From a virus, in IMG/VR virus record IMGVR_UViG_3300037852_000046, positions 1 to 64,000 of that record: a DNA stretch of 64,000 nt. One strand, 5' to 3'. The stretch's first letter is position 1. Each line of letters begins with the position of its first letter. Below, piece by piece: positions 18,759 to 27,027 of this stretch. The notes beneath the pieces were generated by a model. It had not been told where the DNA came from. It was given only the letters and a program-made list of their open reading frames with translations, and made no database searches. Made by a program: the position numbers and the translations under genes.

Positions 18759-18895
18759 TGTTCGTGTGCGGCGGCAAGGAACATTCCGACGAACATCCCG
18801 AACACAATCGCAGGAACGAAACCTATATGCGTGCAGATGAAGAAGAAGCCGCCGATAAGTGCGCAGCCCCAAAGGAATTCAAGTAAGCCTTTCAT
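18752..18895 (-). CDS. Small hydrophobic membrane protein, 47 aa (MKGLLEFLWGCALIGGFFF...AAAHEHH); superinfection exclusion candidate
   Basis: GGGAGA RBS and own TGCTATAGT extended -10; same slot as 59200-59325. Confidence 0.7.
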   Translation of the reverse strand: MKGLLEFLWGCALIGGFFFICTHIGFVPAIVFGMFVGMFLAAAHEHH

Positions 18896-18920
18896 GGTGA
18901 TCTCCCAGGTTGTTACGGCC

Positions 18921-18938
18921 ACTATAGCAAATGCGAAA
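18921..18938 (-). promoter_or_regulatory. Extended -10 promoter with partial palindromic operator
   Basis: Reverse strand GCATTTGCTATAGT; motif recurs five times in the window. Confidence 0.6.
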
Positions 18939-20281
18939 TGAAAATACTAGTCATCGATGTGGGTAGCAATGCGCTCGACCTCTGCATGCGCTGGCAGCAT
19001 CAGGGCCATGAGGTGAAGTGGTACGACAAACCGCGTCCCGATGGGACGGACCGCCATGCCGGAGAGGGAATCGTGGAGAAGATCCGCGATTTCAACGACC
19101 TGAGAAAGAAGTGGATCGGGTGGGCGGACCTCATCTATACCCCTGACAACGTTTCCTACCTCGATCTGCTCGAACCGTATCGCAGGATCGGTTACCCTAT
19201 CTTTGGATGCAACCTTGCCGGTGTTGAGTGGGAGCTCGACCGCGAAGTCGGCCAGAAGGTCATGGCCGACTGCGGCATGCCGATCATTCCGGGCAAGACG
19301 TTTCATGACTACGATTCAGCGATCGCTTACGTAAAGAAGGAGGGTAAAGCGTTCGTCTCCAAGCCGTCCGGTGACGGCGAGCGTGCAATGTCCTACGTCG
19401 CGAATAACGCGGCGGATATGGTCTACATGCTGGAGCGCTGGAAGAAGATTCCGAAGTACGTGAAAGCGGCCAAGGAAGAAGGGTTTATTCTCCAGACCAA
19501 GATAGACGGGATGGAAATGGCAGTCGGCGGATGGTTTGGCTCGGCGGGCTGGAGCCGTGCCGGGTGGGTGGAGAACTTCGAGAACAAGAAGCTCATGAAT
19601 GGCGATCTCGGAGTCAACACCGGCGAAATGGGCACGACGGTTCGCGTCGTCAAGAAATCCCGGCTGGCGGATATGGCCCTGAAGCCAGCGACAGATCACC
19701 TCCACCGCATCGGGTATGTGGGCTACGTCGACGTGAATTGCATGATAACGCACGATGGAACCCCCTACCCTCTTGAGTGGACGATGCGCGACGGCTGGCC
19801 GATCCGCCACAACCTGACTGCGTTGATCGAAGGCGACCAAGCGCAGTGGATGCTCGATCTGGTAAACGGTAAGGACTCACTTAAAATCAAGACCGACACC
19901 GTGTGTATCTCTGTCCTGATGGCGCTTCCTGATTTCCCGTACTCGAAGATCACGAACAAGGAACTCTGCGGAATTCCGATTTACAATGCGGAAGACATGG
20001 ATCACCTTCACTTTTCCGAAGTCATGATCGGCAACGCGCCGCGCGAGATTAACGGGAAGGTGGTTGATCTTCCGGGACCGGTTACCGCCGGGGATTACGT
20101 TCTGGTTGCCACGGGTACGGGGCAGTCCATAACAGGTGCGCGGCGCAGTGCTTACAGCGCCCTGAAAAAGGTAAAGATACCCAATAGCCCGTTTTACAGG
20201 ACGGACATTGGCGCAGGACGGTTGAAGAAGCAGTTGCCGGAACTTCAGGCTCTTGGCTTTGCGACGGGTCTTTCTTACTAG
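18938..20281 (+). CDS. PurD (GAR synthetase)-like ATP-grasp ligase
   Basis: WELDRxxG, VSKP, GDLGVNTGEMG, GYVDVN, PLEWTMRDGWP, YRTDIG parallel the PurD motifs NTGGMG, LEFNxRFGDP, YRxDIG. Confidence 0.8.
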   Translation: MKILVIDVGSNALDLCMRWQHQGHEVKWYDKPRPDGTDRHAGEGIVEKIRDFNDLRKKWIGWADLIYTPDNVSYLDLLEPYRRIGYPIFGCNLAGVEWELDREVGQKVMADCGMPIIPGKTFHDYDSAIAYVKKEGKAFVSKPSGDGERAMSYVANNAADMVYMLERWKKIPKYVKAAKEEGFILQTKIDGMEMAVGGWFGSAGWSRAGWVENFENKKLMNGDLGVNTGEMGTTVRVVKKSRLADMALKPATDHLHRIGYVGYVDVNCMITHDGTPYPLEWTMRDGWPIRHNLTALIEGDQAQWMLDLVNGKDSLKIKTDTVCISVLMALPDFPYSKITNKELCGIPIYNAEDMDHLHFSEVMIGNAPREINGKVVDLPGPVTAGDYVLVATGTGQSITGARRSAYSALKKVKIPNSPFYRTDIGAGRLKKQLPELQALGFATGLSY

Positions 20282-20289
20282 GAGTCATT

Positions 20290-20439
20290 ATGCCGCTCAA
20301 AAAAGGTAAGTCGAAAGATACGGTTTCGTCCAACATAAAGACCGAGATGAAACACGGCAAGCCGCAAAAGCAGGCCGTGGCTATCGCTCTGAATCAGGCT
20401 CGCAAGTCGGGCGCGCACATTCCGAAGAGGAAGAAGTGA
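20290..20439 (+). CDS. Small basic protein, 49 aa (MPLKKGKSK...KPQKQAVAIAL)
   Basis: TAGGAG RBS; conserved at 61254-61403. Confidence 0.8.
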   Translation: MPLKKGKSKDTVSSNIKTEMKHGKPQKQAVAIALNQARKSGAHIPKRKK

Positions 20440-20969
20440 CTAGTCGCGCACGAAAGAATGGTCTGATCAGCGAGCAGTCAATAAAGGCGGCGATCAGTGA
20501 AGCAAAGGGTGACCTCTTCCTCGCTTCGTGCGCCCTTGACTGTACGGCACGTGAACTCGACGGATATATCCGTCGCTCCGTCGAGTTGCAGCACTTCATA
20601 ACTGCTGTTGAACAGGTCAAGATCGATCCTGCCTACTCGCGTCTGAGCGTCGAGCAGTTTGAGAATCAGCTCGCCGATCAAACGCGCGCGCTCCGGATAG
20701 AAGGACTCAACGAAATCCATAAGCTCGCGACGATGGAATTCGGTGATAGTGCTGCCCTTGCGAAGGTCAAGCTCGATGCGGCGCTCGCCCTTCGCGGTGG
20801 AGTGCAGGGTAGTGTCTCCAATAGTGAGACAGAGTCGGCGCTGGCCGAATTGAACCATCTGTATCATCAAAATGCTCCTCGTATCAAAGAGATTCGCCAG
20901 ACTGTTCTAGTGCTTCGGGACGAACGCGATATCACACCAAATCTAACCCTGGATTCCGACAAAGTTTAG
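20436..20969 (+). CDS. HTH protein, candidate terminase small subunit
   Basis: Fis-like HTH (GDLFLASCALDCTARELDGY) followed by a helical oligomerisation-like region. Confidence 0.5.
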   Translation: MTSRARKNGLISEQSIKAAISEAKGDLFLASCALDCTARELDGYIRRSVELQHFITAVEQVKIDPAYSRLSVEQFENQLADQTRALRIEGLNEIHKLATMEFGDSAALAKVKLDAALALRGGVQGSVSNSETESALAELNHLYHQNAPRIKEIRQTVLVLRDERDITPNLTLDSDKV

Positions 20970-21519
20970 CCACTTCAACGAGCCATTTTGCTAACGAAGT
21001 CGGGGTATGTTCTCGCTCTGCTTTCGTGACCTCTGGGCGGTATTGAGGATGCCCTTTGGGAAAGCGGTGCGCCCCGATAACATGTGTTGGCGGAACCAAT
21101 GACATCGACCACGTGGGCAAGTTCTCGGGTTCGCAACCCGCGATGTAAAGAAGCGTCTGTTTTTCGGCTTTATGCCCAAACCAGCTTTGATGGATGAGAA
21201 TCGAAAAACCGCCGAACTCATCGCGTAATCCTGGCTTGGGCAGGTTGTACTCAGGCCACAAGCGGGATGCGCGCGGGTGCTCTAGCACCCCGCCATATTC
21301 CCGGATGCGGTCAACCGCCCACATTGCTAATTCACGCTCCCCCAGTCTAGGATTCGCCATGTGACTTAACGCGCCCCACGCGCGACAAGGCGGATGCGCA
21401 ACGATAGGCGCTCCACCTTGCCACTTAAGGGCGTCGCGCTCTGTATCCCATACGTCACAGTCGGGCATCGTCTTGTAGATGCTATCCGCGCGCGCAAACA
21501 GAACGACTACTGATGACAA
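20932..21519 (-). CDS. Divergent C5 cytosine methyltransferase-like protein (copy A only)
   Basis: AHPPC (motif IV-like), VLEHP (motif VI-like), GHKAEKQT; no FxGxG; TTG start behind GGAGG. Confidence 0.6.
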   Translation of the reverse strand: MSSVVVLFARADSIYKTMPDCDVWDTERDALKWQGGAPIVAHPPCRAWGALSHMANPRLGERELAMWAVDRIREYGGVLEHPRASRLWPEYNLPKPGLRDEFGGFSILIHQSWFGHKAEKQTLLYIAGCEPENLPTWSMSLVPPTHVIGAHRFPKGHPQYRPEVTKAEREHTPTSLAKWLVEVAKLCRNPGLDLV

Positions 21520-22310
21520 GGCAGATCCTCCACAAGTAATCGAACAGAAGACATATCCCTGAGCGCGTCTTCCCGGCCGCGCTCCAGTGCTTTCCATTCG
21601 GGTGTTTCCGCCGGGTAGTGCTGGATCTTCTTCAACTGGATGTAGCCGAAACGCGCCATCTCTTCAACCCAGTTCCTGTAACCTGCCTTGGTGATTTCCT
21701 TGCGCGGGTACTCCTTACTTTCCAGCCAGTCCCAAACCGGGATGAACTCTTCACGCTCCGGGGCCAGGCGTTTCTTGATATGCCAGAATTCCACCGGCCG
21801 AAGTGCGGTCTTCATGAACTGCACGTTGACGACCGGAACGCCAAGTTCGTTCGCCAGTTCGCTGTTCGACATGCGCTGGCCGCCGCACACGCTCCACAGG
21901 TCTTGCAGGAAGGGCACAGGAGGGAAGCGGAGGTCTACCGTCTCATCATGCTGCGCCCAACTCACGGGGCGCGGCACGACCCCGTACGCCGCGTTACGCT
22001 GGCAGCATGCCTCTATCCGCTTCATCTGGTATGGGCACTCGACCATTAGCGTTACATCGGGCGCAAGCTCGATCGCAGGGCGGGGGTCCTGCTCGATCAG
22101 CACGCCCCCTGTCTCCTTCCACATCGTTACCTGTCGTTCGGTCGCCGGAATCCAGCTTGCGTACTGGTGAATCGGGAGATCATCGAGCGTGGAGCTATTA
22201 AACAGCGTCGGCTTCACGAGCGAGTACCCCCGGTTCAGGATCACATGCGTGAACTGGTCATAGGCGACGTGAATCGACCTTGACAGATCGTCGGTTGCGT
22301 AGAGCTTCAT
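21507..22310 (-). CDS. Conserved hypothetical protein with an internal HTH-like segment
   Basis: MSNSELANELGVPVVNV; highly conserved at 61848-62681. Confidence 0.7.
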   Translation of the reverse strand: MKLYATDDLSRSIHVAYDQFTHVILNRGYSLVKPTLFNSSTLDDLPIHQYASWIPATERQVTMWKETGGVLIEQDPRPAIELAPDVTLMVECPYQMKRIEACCQRNAAYGVVPRPVSWAQHDETVDLRFPPVPFLQDLWSVCGGQRMSNSELANELGVPVVNVQFMKTALRPVEFWHIKKRLAPEREEFIPVWDWLESKEYPRKEITKAGYRNWVEEMARFGYIQLKKIQHYPAETPEWKALERGREDALRDMSSVRLLVEDLPCHQ

Positions 22311-22696
22311 ATGTCGTGAAGTCCCCCTTGGACCTCCTGCAAACCCAAAGCGCGGCGCGCTGCCTGCCGTACCTCAAACGATACTGCGTGTCCGAGATCC
22401 TGCGGATCGAGCAGACGGCGCGCGAATGCGGCGAGATCCAGTACGGCCTTCGTATCGTTGCGTAGGGGGGCGTACAGGTTGGCGTGCAGTTCAGGACCGG
22501 ATGCCGTACGGTTGGTCATTGCTTCGTGCTGTGCGGCCTGCTCTTTAAGGCGTGCATTTACGGAAGCGACATCGGTTTTCAAGGAAGCTGGATAGTGAAC
22601 AAGCTTTTCGAGTTGCGTGATCCTCGCTTGATGCTCGTTGACGCGCGTAGTAGTGGCCTTTATCAATTCATAGATCAAGTCAATATGCTCTTTCAT
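22307..22696 (-). CDS. Hypothetical protein
   Basis: C-terminal FARRLLDPQDLGHAV conserved in B; N-terminus variable. Confidence 0.7.
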   Translation of the reverse strand: MKEHIDLIYELIKATTTRVNEHQARITQLEKLVHYPASLKTDVASVNARLKEQAAQHEAMTNRTASGPELHANLYAPLRNDTKAVLDLAAFARRLLDPQDLGHAVSFEVRQAARRALGLQEVQGGLHDI

Positions 22697-24063
22697 TTTC
22701 GCCTCTTCATAGCCTGCATAAGAATGTCCTGCACTGAGCGCTTGCTTTCAAGCCGCTCCAGTACGTCGAAGTCCACTGTGTCATTCGCCAGTATGAAGTG
22801 GATGAATACCGGCCTGTCGTGCCCCGCCTGCATCTGCCTGGTCGGGCCTATCCGCTCGATTATCTGCTGATGCTCTTCGAGGTTCCAGTTGACGGAGAAA
22901 AAGACCAGTATGTTCCCTCCGTCCTGTAAATTGAGGCCATGGCCAGCACTAGCAGGATGAGCAAACAGAACCGGTATTTTCCCCGCGTTCCAAGCTCTAA
23001 TAGTTTCTGGATCGGAATCAAGCACGCGGCCACGAGGAAAAGCGGCGCGCAGGCGATGCAGATCATGCTTAAAATGATATGCCACCAGAACAGGCGCACC
23101 GCCGGCCTCTTCGATAATGTCGTCAAGTGCCGCAATCTTGGCATCATGAACCTCTGTCCAGTTTCGTTGCTCATCGGTATAAATCGCGCCGTTTGCCAGC
23201 TGGAGGCACTTCTGTGTCTTGCTGGCCGCATTCAGCGCTTCGACTTCTGTCGGCCCCAGACGCCCCTCCAGTTCCAGGAACATCTTCTTCTCCATGTCCC
23301 GGTATTGCTGCCGCGCCTTGTAAGGCAGATCCACTACTATCCTGTTCGTGATTGGCTCTGAGAGATTGAAGTAGTCCTTCACATCCAGTGACAAGCACAC
23401 GTCGGAGATGAGCTGCTGTATCTCCCGCTGCGCTGTATCCAACGGTTCCAGGCCATACCCGTCGTAAGTGGAACGGAACCAGCGTTGTGAAAACGCTGAA
23501 AAAGATTTCCCAAGTCGCTGGCCCCCATCCACGAACCACATCGGCCCCCATAAATCTTTTAGCCCATTCGGTGCAGGCGTACCTGTCAGACCAATCCATC
23601 TATCCACCTTTCGATGTGCGACTTCCGCAAGCGCCTTGGCGCGCTTCGTACCCTGGCGCGTGCGAAAGCCTTTGAGTTTCGTTACTTCATCCGCGACGAT
23701 AGTTTTAAACGGCCACGGGCGGGGATTGTACTTAAACCACTCTACGAGCCACGGTACGTTTTCGTAGTTGATAGTAAAGATGGCGGAATCCTCGCGAAGC
23801 GCCATAGCCCGTTGCTCCGCTGTACCGACGACAGGCGTGACTGGCAAATCGAGATCCCACTTCTTGACTTCGTCAGGCCACGTACTTTGCGCAACCCGGA
23901 GAGGCGCAAGGACCAACGTCGGGCCTTGATCGACCAGCGCTGTAGCTTCGATGGCTCGAAGGGTGCTGATCGTTTTGCCAAGACCCATTGGTACGAAGGC
24001 ATTGCATCTCTCCTTTTCCAGAATGTGAGCGATGATCAGTTGTTGGTAGGGACGAAGTTTCAT
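22693..24063 (-). CDS. SNF2-family helicase
   Basis: LRPYQ, MGLGKT, DEVT, LTGTP, GHGLNLQ motifs. Confidence 0.92.
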   Translation of the reverse strand: MKLRPYQQLIIAHILEKERCNAFVPMGLGKTISTLRAIEATALVDQGPTLVLAPLRVAQSTWPDEVKKWDLDLPVTPVVGTAEQRAMALREDSAIFTINYENVPWLVEWFKYNPRPWPFKTIVADEVTKLKGFRTRQGTKRAKALAEVAHRKVDRWIGLTGTPAPNGLKDLWGPMWFVDGGQRLGKSFSAFSQRWFRSTYDGYGLEPLDTAQREIQQLISDVCLSLDVKDYFNLSEPITNRIVVDLPYKARQQYRDMEKKMFLELEGRLGPTEVEALNAASKTQKCLQLANGAIYTDEQRNWTEVHDAKIAALDDIIEEAGGAPVLVAYHFKHDLHRLRAAFPRGRVLDSDPETIRAWNAGKIPVLFAHPASAGHGLNLQDGGNILVFFSVNWNLEEHQQIIERIGPTRQMQAGHDRPVFIHFILANDTVDFDVLERLESKRSVQDILMQAMKRRK

Positions 24064-24143
24064 CGCGGACGCACGGCCCATCCGCAGGCGAAGGCCAGAA
24101 TCGCGATACCCCAGCACAAAAGCACCATTGGCAGACCGCTCAT
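24060..24143 (-). CDS. 27-aa single-TM peptide (MSGLPMVLLCWGIAILAFACGWAVRPR)
   Basis: ATGA overlaps at both ends fill the VRR-NUC/helicase gap exactly. Confidence 0.6.
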   Translation of the reverse strand: MSGLPMVLLCWGIAILAFACGWAVRPR

Positions 24144-24415
24144 TTCGTCACCTTTTCAATAAAGTAATCGACACCTTCCTTGCTGTCGATTGTGAATACG
24201 TGCGCGCCGACGGTACGAAGCTTCGCATGCTCGCGAACCTGGCCGGGGCGCAGGAACTTGCCGGGTGCTTTCAATTCCACGAAGTACACCCGACCGTCGA
24301 GAACAACAATGCGATCAGGTACGTCCTTGTGGCCGGGGGAAGTGAACTTGCGTTGCTCGCCGCCGATTTCCTTAACCCGACGAATGAGATACTGTTCGAC
24401 TTCGCGCTCTTTCAT
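24140..24415 (-). CDS. VRR-NUC nuclease
   Basis: EREVE, VPDRI, FVELKAPG, Q motifs. Confidence 0.9.
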   Translation of the reverse strand: MKEREVEQYLIRRVKEIGGEQRKFTSPGHKDVPDRIVVLDGRVYFVELKAPGKFLRPGQVREHAKLRTVGAHVFTIDSKEGVDYFIEKVTK

Positions 24416-24591
24416 CCGCGCCACCCAATCAGCAAACCGTAAACAACTCCGAGCGCGATCACGCCGAGCGCCACAGAGAGAATGTCCTTTCGCACGCGAC
24501 GATACTCGACATTCAACCCGTGATAAGGCCCAAACGCCTCATTGAGCGTGCGGGGCGTAGCGCGATAGTGTGTCCTGTCTTTGGGGAACAT
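24412..24591 (-). CDS. 59-aa protein with C-terminal TM (MFPKDRTHYRATPRTLNEAFGPY...)
   Basis: AAGGAG RBS; stop overlaps the VRR-NUC start. Confidence 0.7.
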   Translation of the reverse strand: MFPKDRTHYRATPRTLNEAFGPYHGLNVEYRRVRKDILSVALGVIALGVVYGLLIGWRG

Positions 24592-24613
24592 GTTTGCTCC
24601 TTCGTTGTTAAGG

Positions 24614-24690
24614 GTGCGCTGGCCAGACCTTTTACCTCTTGAGTCCCCTGACTAGCCGAATGTGGACGGTAGCTGTTACCCGCAGCGCAC
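24614..24690 (-). ncRNA. Candidate structured 5' leader RNA, 77 nt
   Basis: 8-bp closing stem GUGCGCUG/CAGCGCAC starts at the predicted +1; internal GGUA/UACC hairpin. Confidence 0.4.
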
Positions 24691-24696
24691 GACTTC

Positions 24697-24725
24697 ACTA
24701 TAGCAATTGCTATAGGAAATGTCAA
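24697..24725 (-). promoter_or_regulatory. Strong sigma70 promoter with perfect palindromic operator
   Basis: TTGACA-17 bp-TATAGT; CTATAGCAATTGCTATAG at 24698-24715. Confidence 0.85.
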
Positions 24726-26767
24726 CCCTTCCTGTATCGGTATCCTTCAAAACCCGCTGCAGCTAAGGGTAATCCTGGTGCCCATGCCGGAACCACGGCC
24801 ATGAGCGACGACAGGTGCTTCGGCCCATACATCAGACCGTCCGGAGCGTACGTGATGTTCTCATCGTGCACTGGTAGACGGATCTCGTATCCGGCTTCAA
24901 GAATCGCGGGATAGCTTGCCTTGAACACATCACGGGCGACGGCTTGCGTACGGTTTTCAGTTATTTTGCCCCCATACGTTGTAAGTCTTTGCCATTTCCG
25001 GCTGTACTGGTTCAAGCCCATATAGGACAGTCTACTGTCCGTCTGCGGTGCGGGGTAGGAGACGGAACGCCCACTCGGTAGAATGACACGCAACCAGTTG
25101 CCCTTGCGCACGAAGGTGCAACGCCCTGAGACAAACTCCTTACCTTCATTGCTAACCGCATTGCTGAATGAAAGATCGTCGCTTGTCCACATCTGAACCG
25201 TTTTCGGATGCGCGCGTCGCCATAGGCGTTTCAAGGAATCGCAAGCGATGAATACGTCTTTCGGCAGACCGTACGTGGAGCGCTTCGTCTCAATAGACCA
25301 TTCCCAAAAATTGAGGGCTTCTCTCACGGCATCATCCGGCAATGACAGGCCGCTCGTCATCTGTTCAAGGTCCAGAGCGTAAACCGCAGCAAATGTAATG
25401 AACGATCCGACCCCGCCTCCGAAACCCATAGCCAGTTCCAGCACCTTGCCTACTTGGCGCTTTGCTTCTTCAAGAGAGACGCCGAAAGTCCGCGCATACG
25501 AAGCAATGTAAAGATCCGGACCTTCGCCTCTATCAAAATCCCGAAACGCCTGTAGCTTCCACTCTTCGCCGGCCAGCCAGGCCAGTACACGCCCTTCGAT
25601 ATTCGACAGGTCGGCTATGACGATCTTCTTACCCGGCGGCGCGATGATCACTCCGCGCATCGCGTTCGCGCATAGTTCCATCACGTTACCCGTAACGAGA
25701 TCCGCGCAACCGGCCTTGATGGCGTCAATGCCCGCGTCGATCTCACCACCCGGTAGCGTAGGGCGCATCAGATTCTGAGGCTGGAAGAGTCGGCCGGCAT
25801 CGCGTCCGGTCCGCCCAGCGCCCGAGAACTGGATCACGCCTCGCAGGCACCCGTCCGAACTGGTAGAACGAATCACCCTCTTGTACTTGCTTACGGATGA
25901 CGTAGAGGCCATAAGGCGGATGCCGATCAGATCTCTGACTCCATCGGGCAAAGACGAATCCGTAAGGCGTCGTTCAAGTGTATCCGCCCGCATATCGGGC
26001 AGTGATACCCCATGTTCTCTGAGTATGTGTTCAAGCAATTTATCTCTTTGCGTCGCGGATGTAACTGCTCCATCCGTTGCTTCGCTAACAGCGACCGCAA
26101 GGCCGGCTTGCGCAACATCGACCGCTTCAACGGCAGACCTCGCGAGATCCAGATCGACATAAATGCCCTCCTGATTGATTCGCTGATCCAGTTTCCAAAG
26201 CTTAAGTTCGAATTCGTGATTCGGGTAATTCCACTTCGGCATTTTCTGATGCAGGATGCGCATCGAAGTGATATCCGACTCCGCGTACTCGATGAATTCC
26301 GCCCACTCTGCTGGATGCGTTTCGCGCGTATAGCGCCTGATCGTGCTGTTAACAGGGCGCGGTTTGCAAAACAGTTGAATCAGCTGCTTACCGCGCTTGT
26401 GCTTTGCTATATCCGTGTCGAGTTTGAAAATCTCGCACAAGGTATCCAACTTTCCAGGGAGTCCATGGCAAAGCGCCTGAACCATTGTGTCGCGGTGGCG
26501 CGCTTCATCGGCCATGAAGTACGGCAAGGCGTGTTTTAAAACCACGCGGTCAAACATCCCGGAGTTATGCCCCCAAAATTCGTCGGCGTCCTGTACGGCT
26601 TCAATGAGTTCACCGGGCATAGGGGTGTACGTCGCATCCCAACACTGAACCGGCCCGTCATCGACCGCCCACGCAAATAGCAATACCTCTGCTGCCTCCG
26701 CATATTTATGCGCGCCATCCGTGATTGGGATTTCGCTGTATGTTTCCAGATCCCACCAGAGTTTCAT
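24722..26767 (-). CDS. Family A DNA polymerase with 3'-5' exonuclease domain (APSE-like)
   Basis: DLET, HNSGMFD, YAESD; DLSNIEGR (A), RQVGKVLELAMGFGG (B), VHDE (C). Confidence 0.93.
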   Translation of the reverse strand: MKLWWDLETYSEIPITDGAHKYAEAAEVLLFAWAVDDGPVQCWDATYTPMPGELIEAVQDADEFWGHNSGMFDRVVLKHALPYFMADEARHRDTMVQALCHGLPGKLDTLCEIFKLDTDIAKHKRGKQLIQLFCKPRPVNSTIRRYTRETHPAEWAEFIEYAESDITSMRILHQKMPKWNYPNHEFELKLWKLDQRINQEGIYVDLDLARSAVEAVDVAQAGLAVAVSEATDGAVTSATQRDKLLEHILREHGVSLPDMRADTLERRLTDSSLPDGVRDLIGIRLMASTSSVSKYKRVIRSTSSDGCLRGVIQFSGAGRTGRDAGRLFQPQNLMRPTLPGGEIDAGIDAIKAGCADLVTGNVMELCANAMRGVIIAPPGKKIVIADLSNIEGRVLAWLAGEEWKLQAFRDFDRGEGPDLYIASYARTFGVSLEEAKRQVGKVLELAMGFGGGVGSFITFAAVYALDLEQMTSGLSLPDDAVREALNFWEWSIETKRSTYGLPKDVFIACDSLKRLWRRAHPKTVQMWTSDDLSFSNAVSNEGKEFVSGRCTFVRKGNWLRVILPSGRSVSYPAPQTDSRLSYMGLNQYSRKWQRLTTYGGKITENRTQAVARDVFKASYPAILEAGYEIRLPVHDENITYAPDGLMYGPKHLSSLMAVVPAWAPGLPLAAAGFEGYRYRKG

Positions 26768-26994
26768 CGCTGATCCTCGTAGTCCGCGAAGTCAACGGGC
26801 TCATCCCATTCGTGACCGCATTCCGGGCACGTCATCGCGATATCAAACTCATGCCGTTTTTCGCTGTCGTCTTCCGGTTCCTGTTTCGCAAAACGCTTTG
26901 CGGCTTCCAGAATCGCGCACACATCATCGTCATCCGCAATCAGTGCGCTGCGTAACTCTTCGTCGCTCCAGCTTGAATAATTTATGTCTCGCAT
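26764..26994 (-). CDS. Small acidic protein with CPECG
   Basis: ATGA-coupled to the polymerase. Confidence 0.6.
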   Translation of the reverse strand: MRDINYSSWSDEELRSALIADDDDVCAILEAAKRFAKQEPEDDSEKRHEFDIAMTCPECGHEWDEPVDFADYEDQR

Positions 26995-27027
26995 CTGCTG
27001 AACCCGGCTTTCGCCGGGCCTCCATAG

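Noticed and set aside
18938-20281. Calling the ATP-grasp gene purD as an auxiliary purine gene
   Set aside because: Substrate-binding motifs diverge and no other purine genes are present, so the symbol is withheld.
24614-24690. tRNA or HDV-like ribozyme (plus strand has GGCCAG...GUCC...GCCGAAUGUGGAC)
   Set aside because: No T-loop or CCA for a tRNA; too little room for P3/L3/P1.1 and a mismatch in P1 for an HDV fold.
27004-27019. CCCGGC-GAAA-GCCGGG hairpin after the SSB gene as a terminator
   Set aside because: Lacks a convincing U-tract; may be a stabiliser, so not called.
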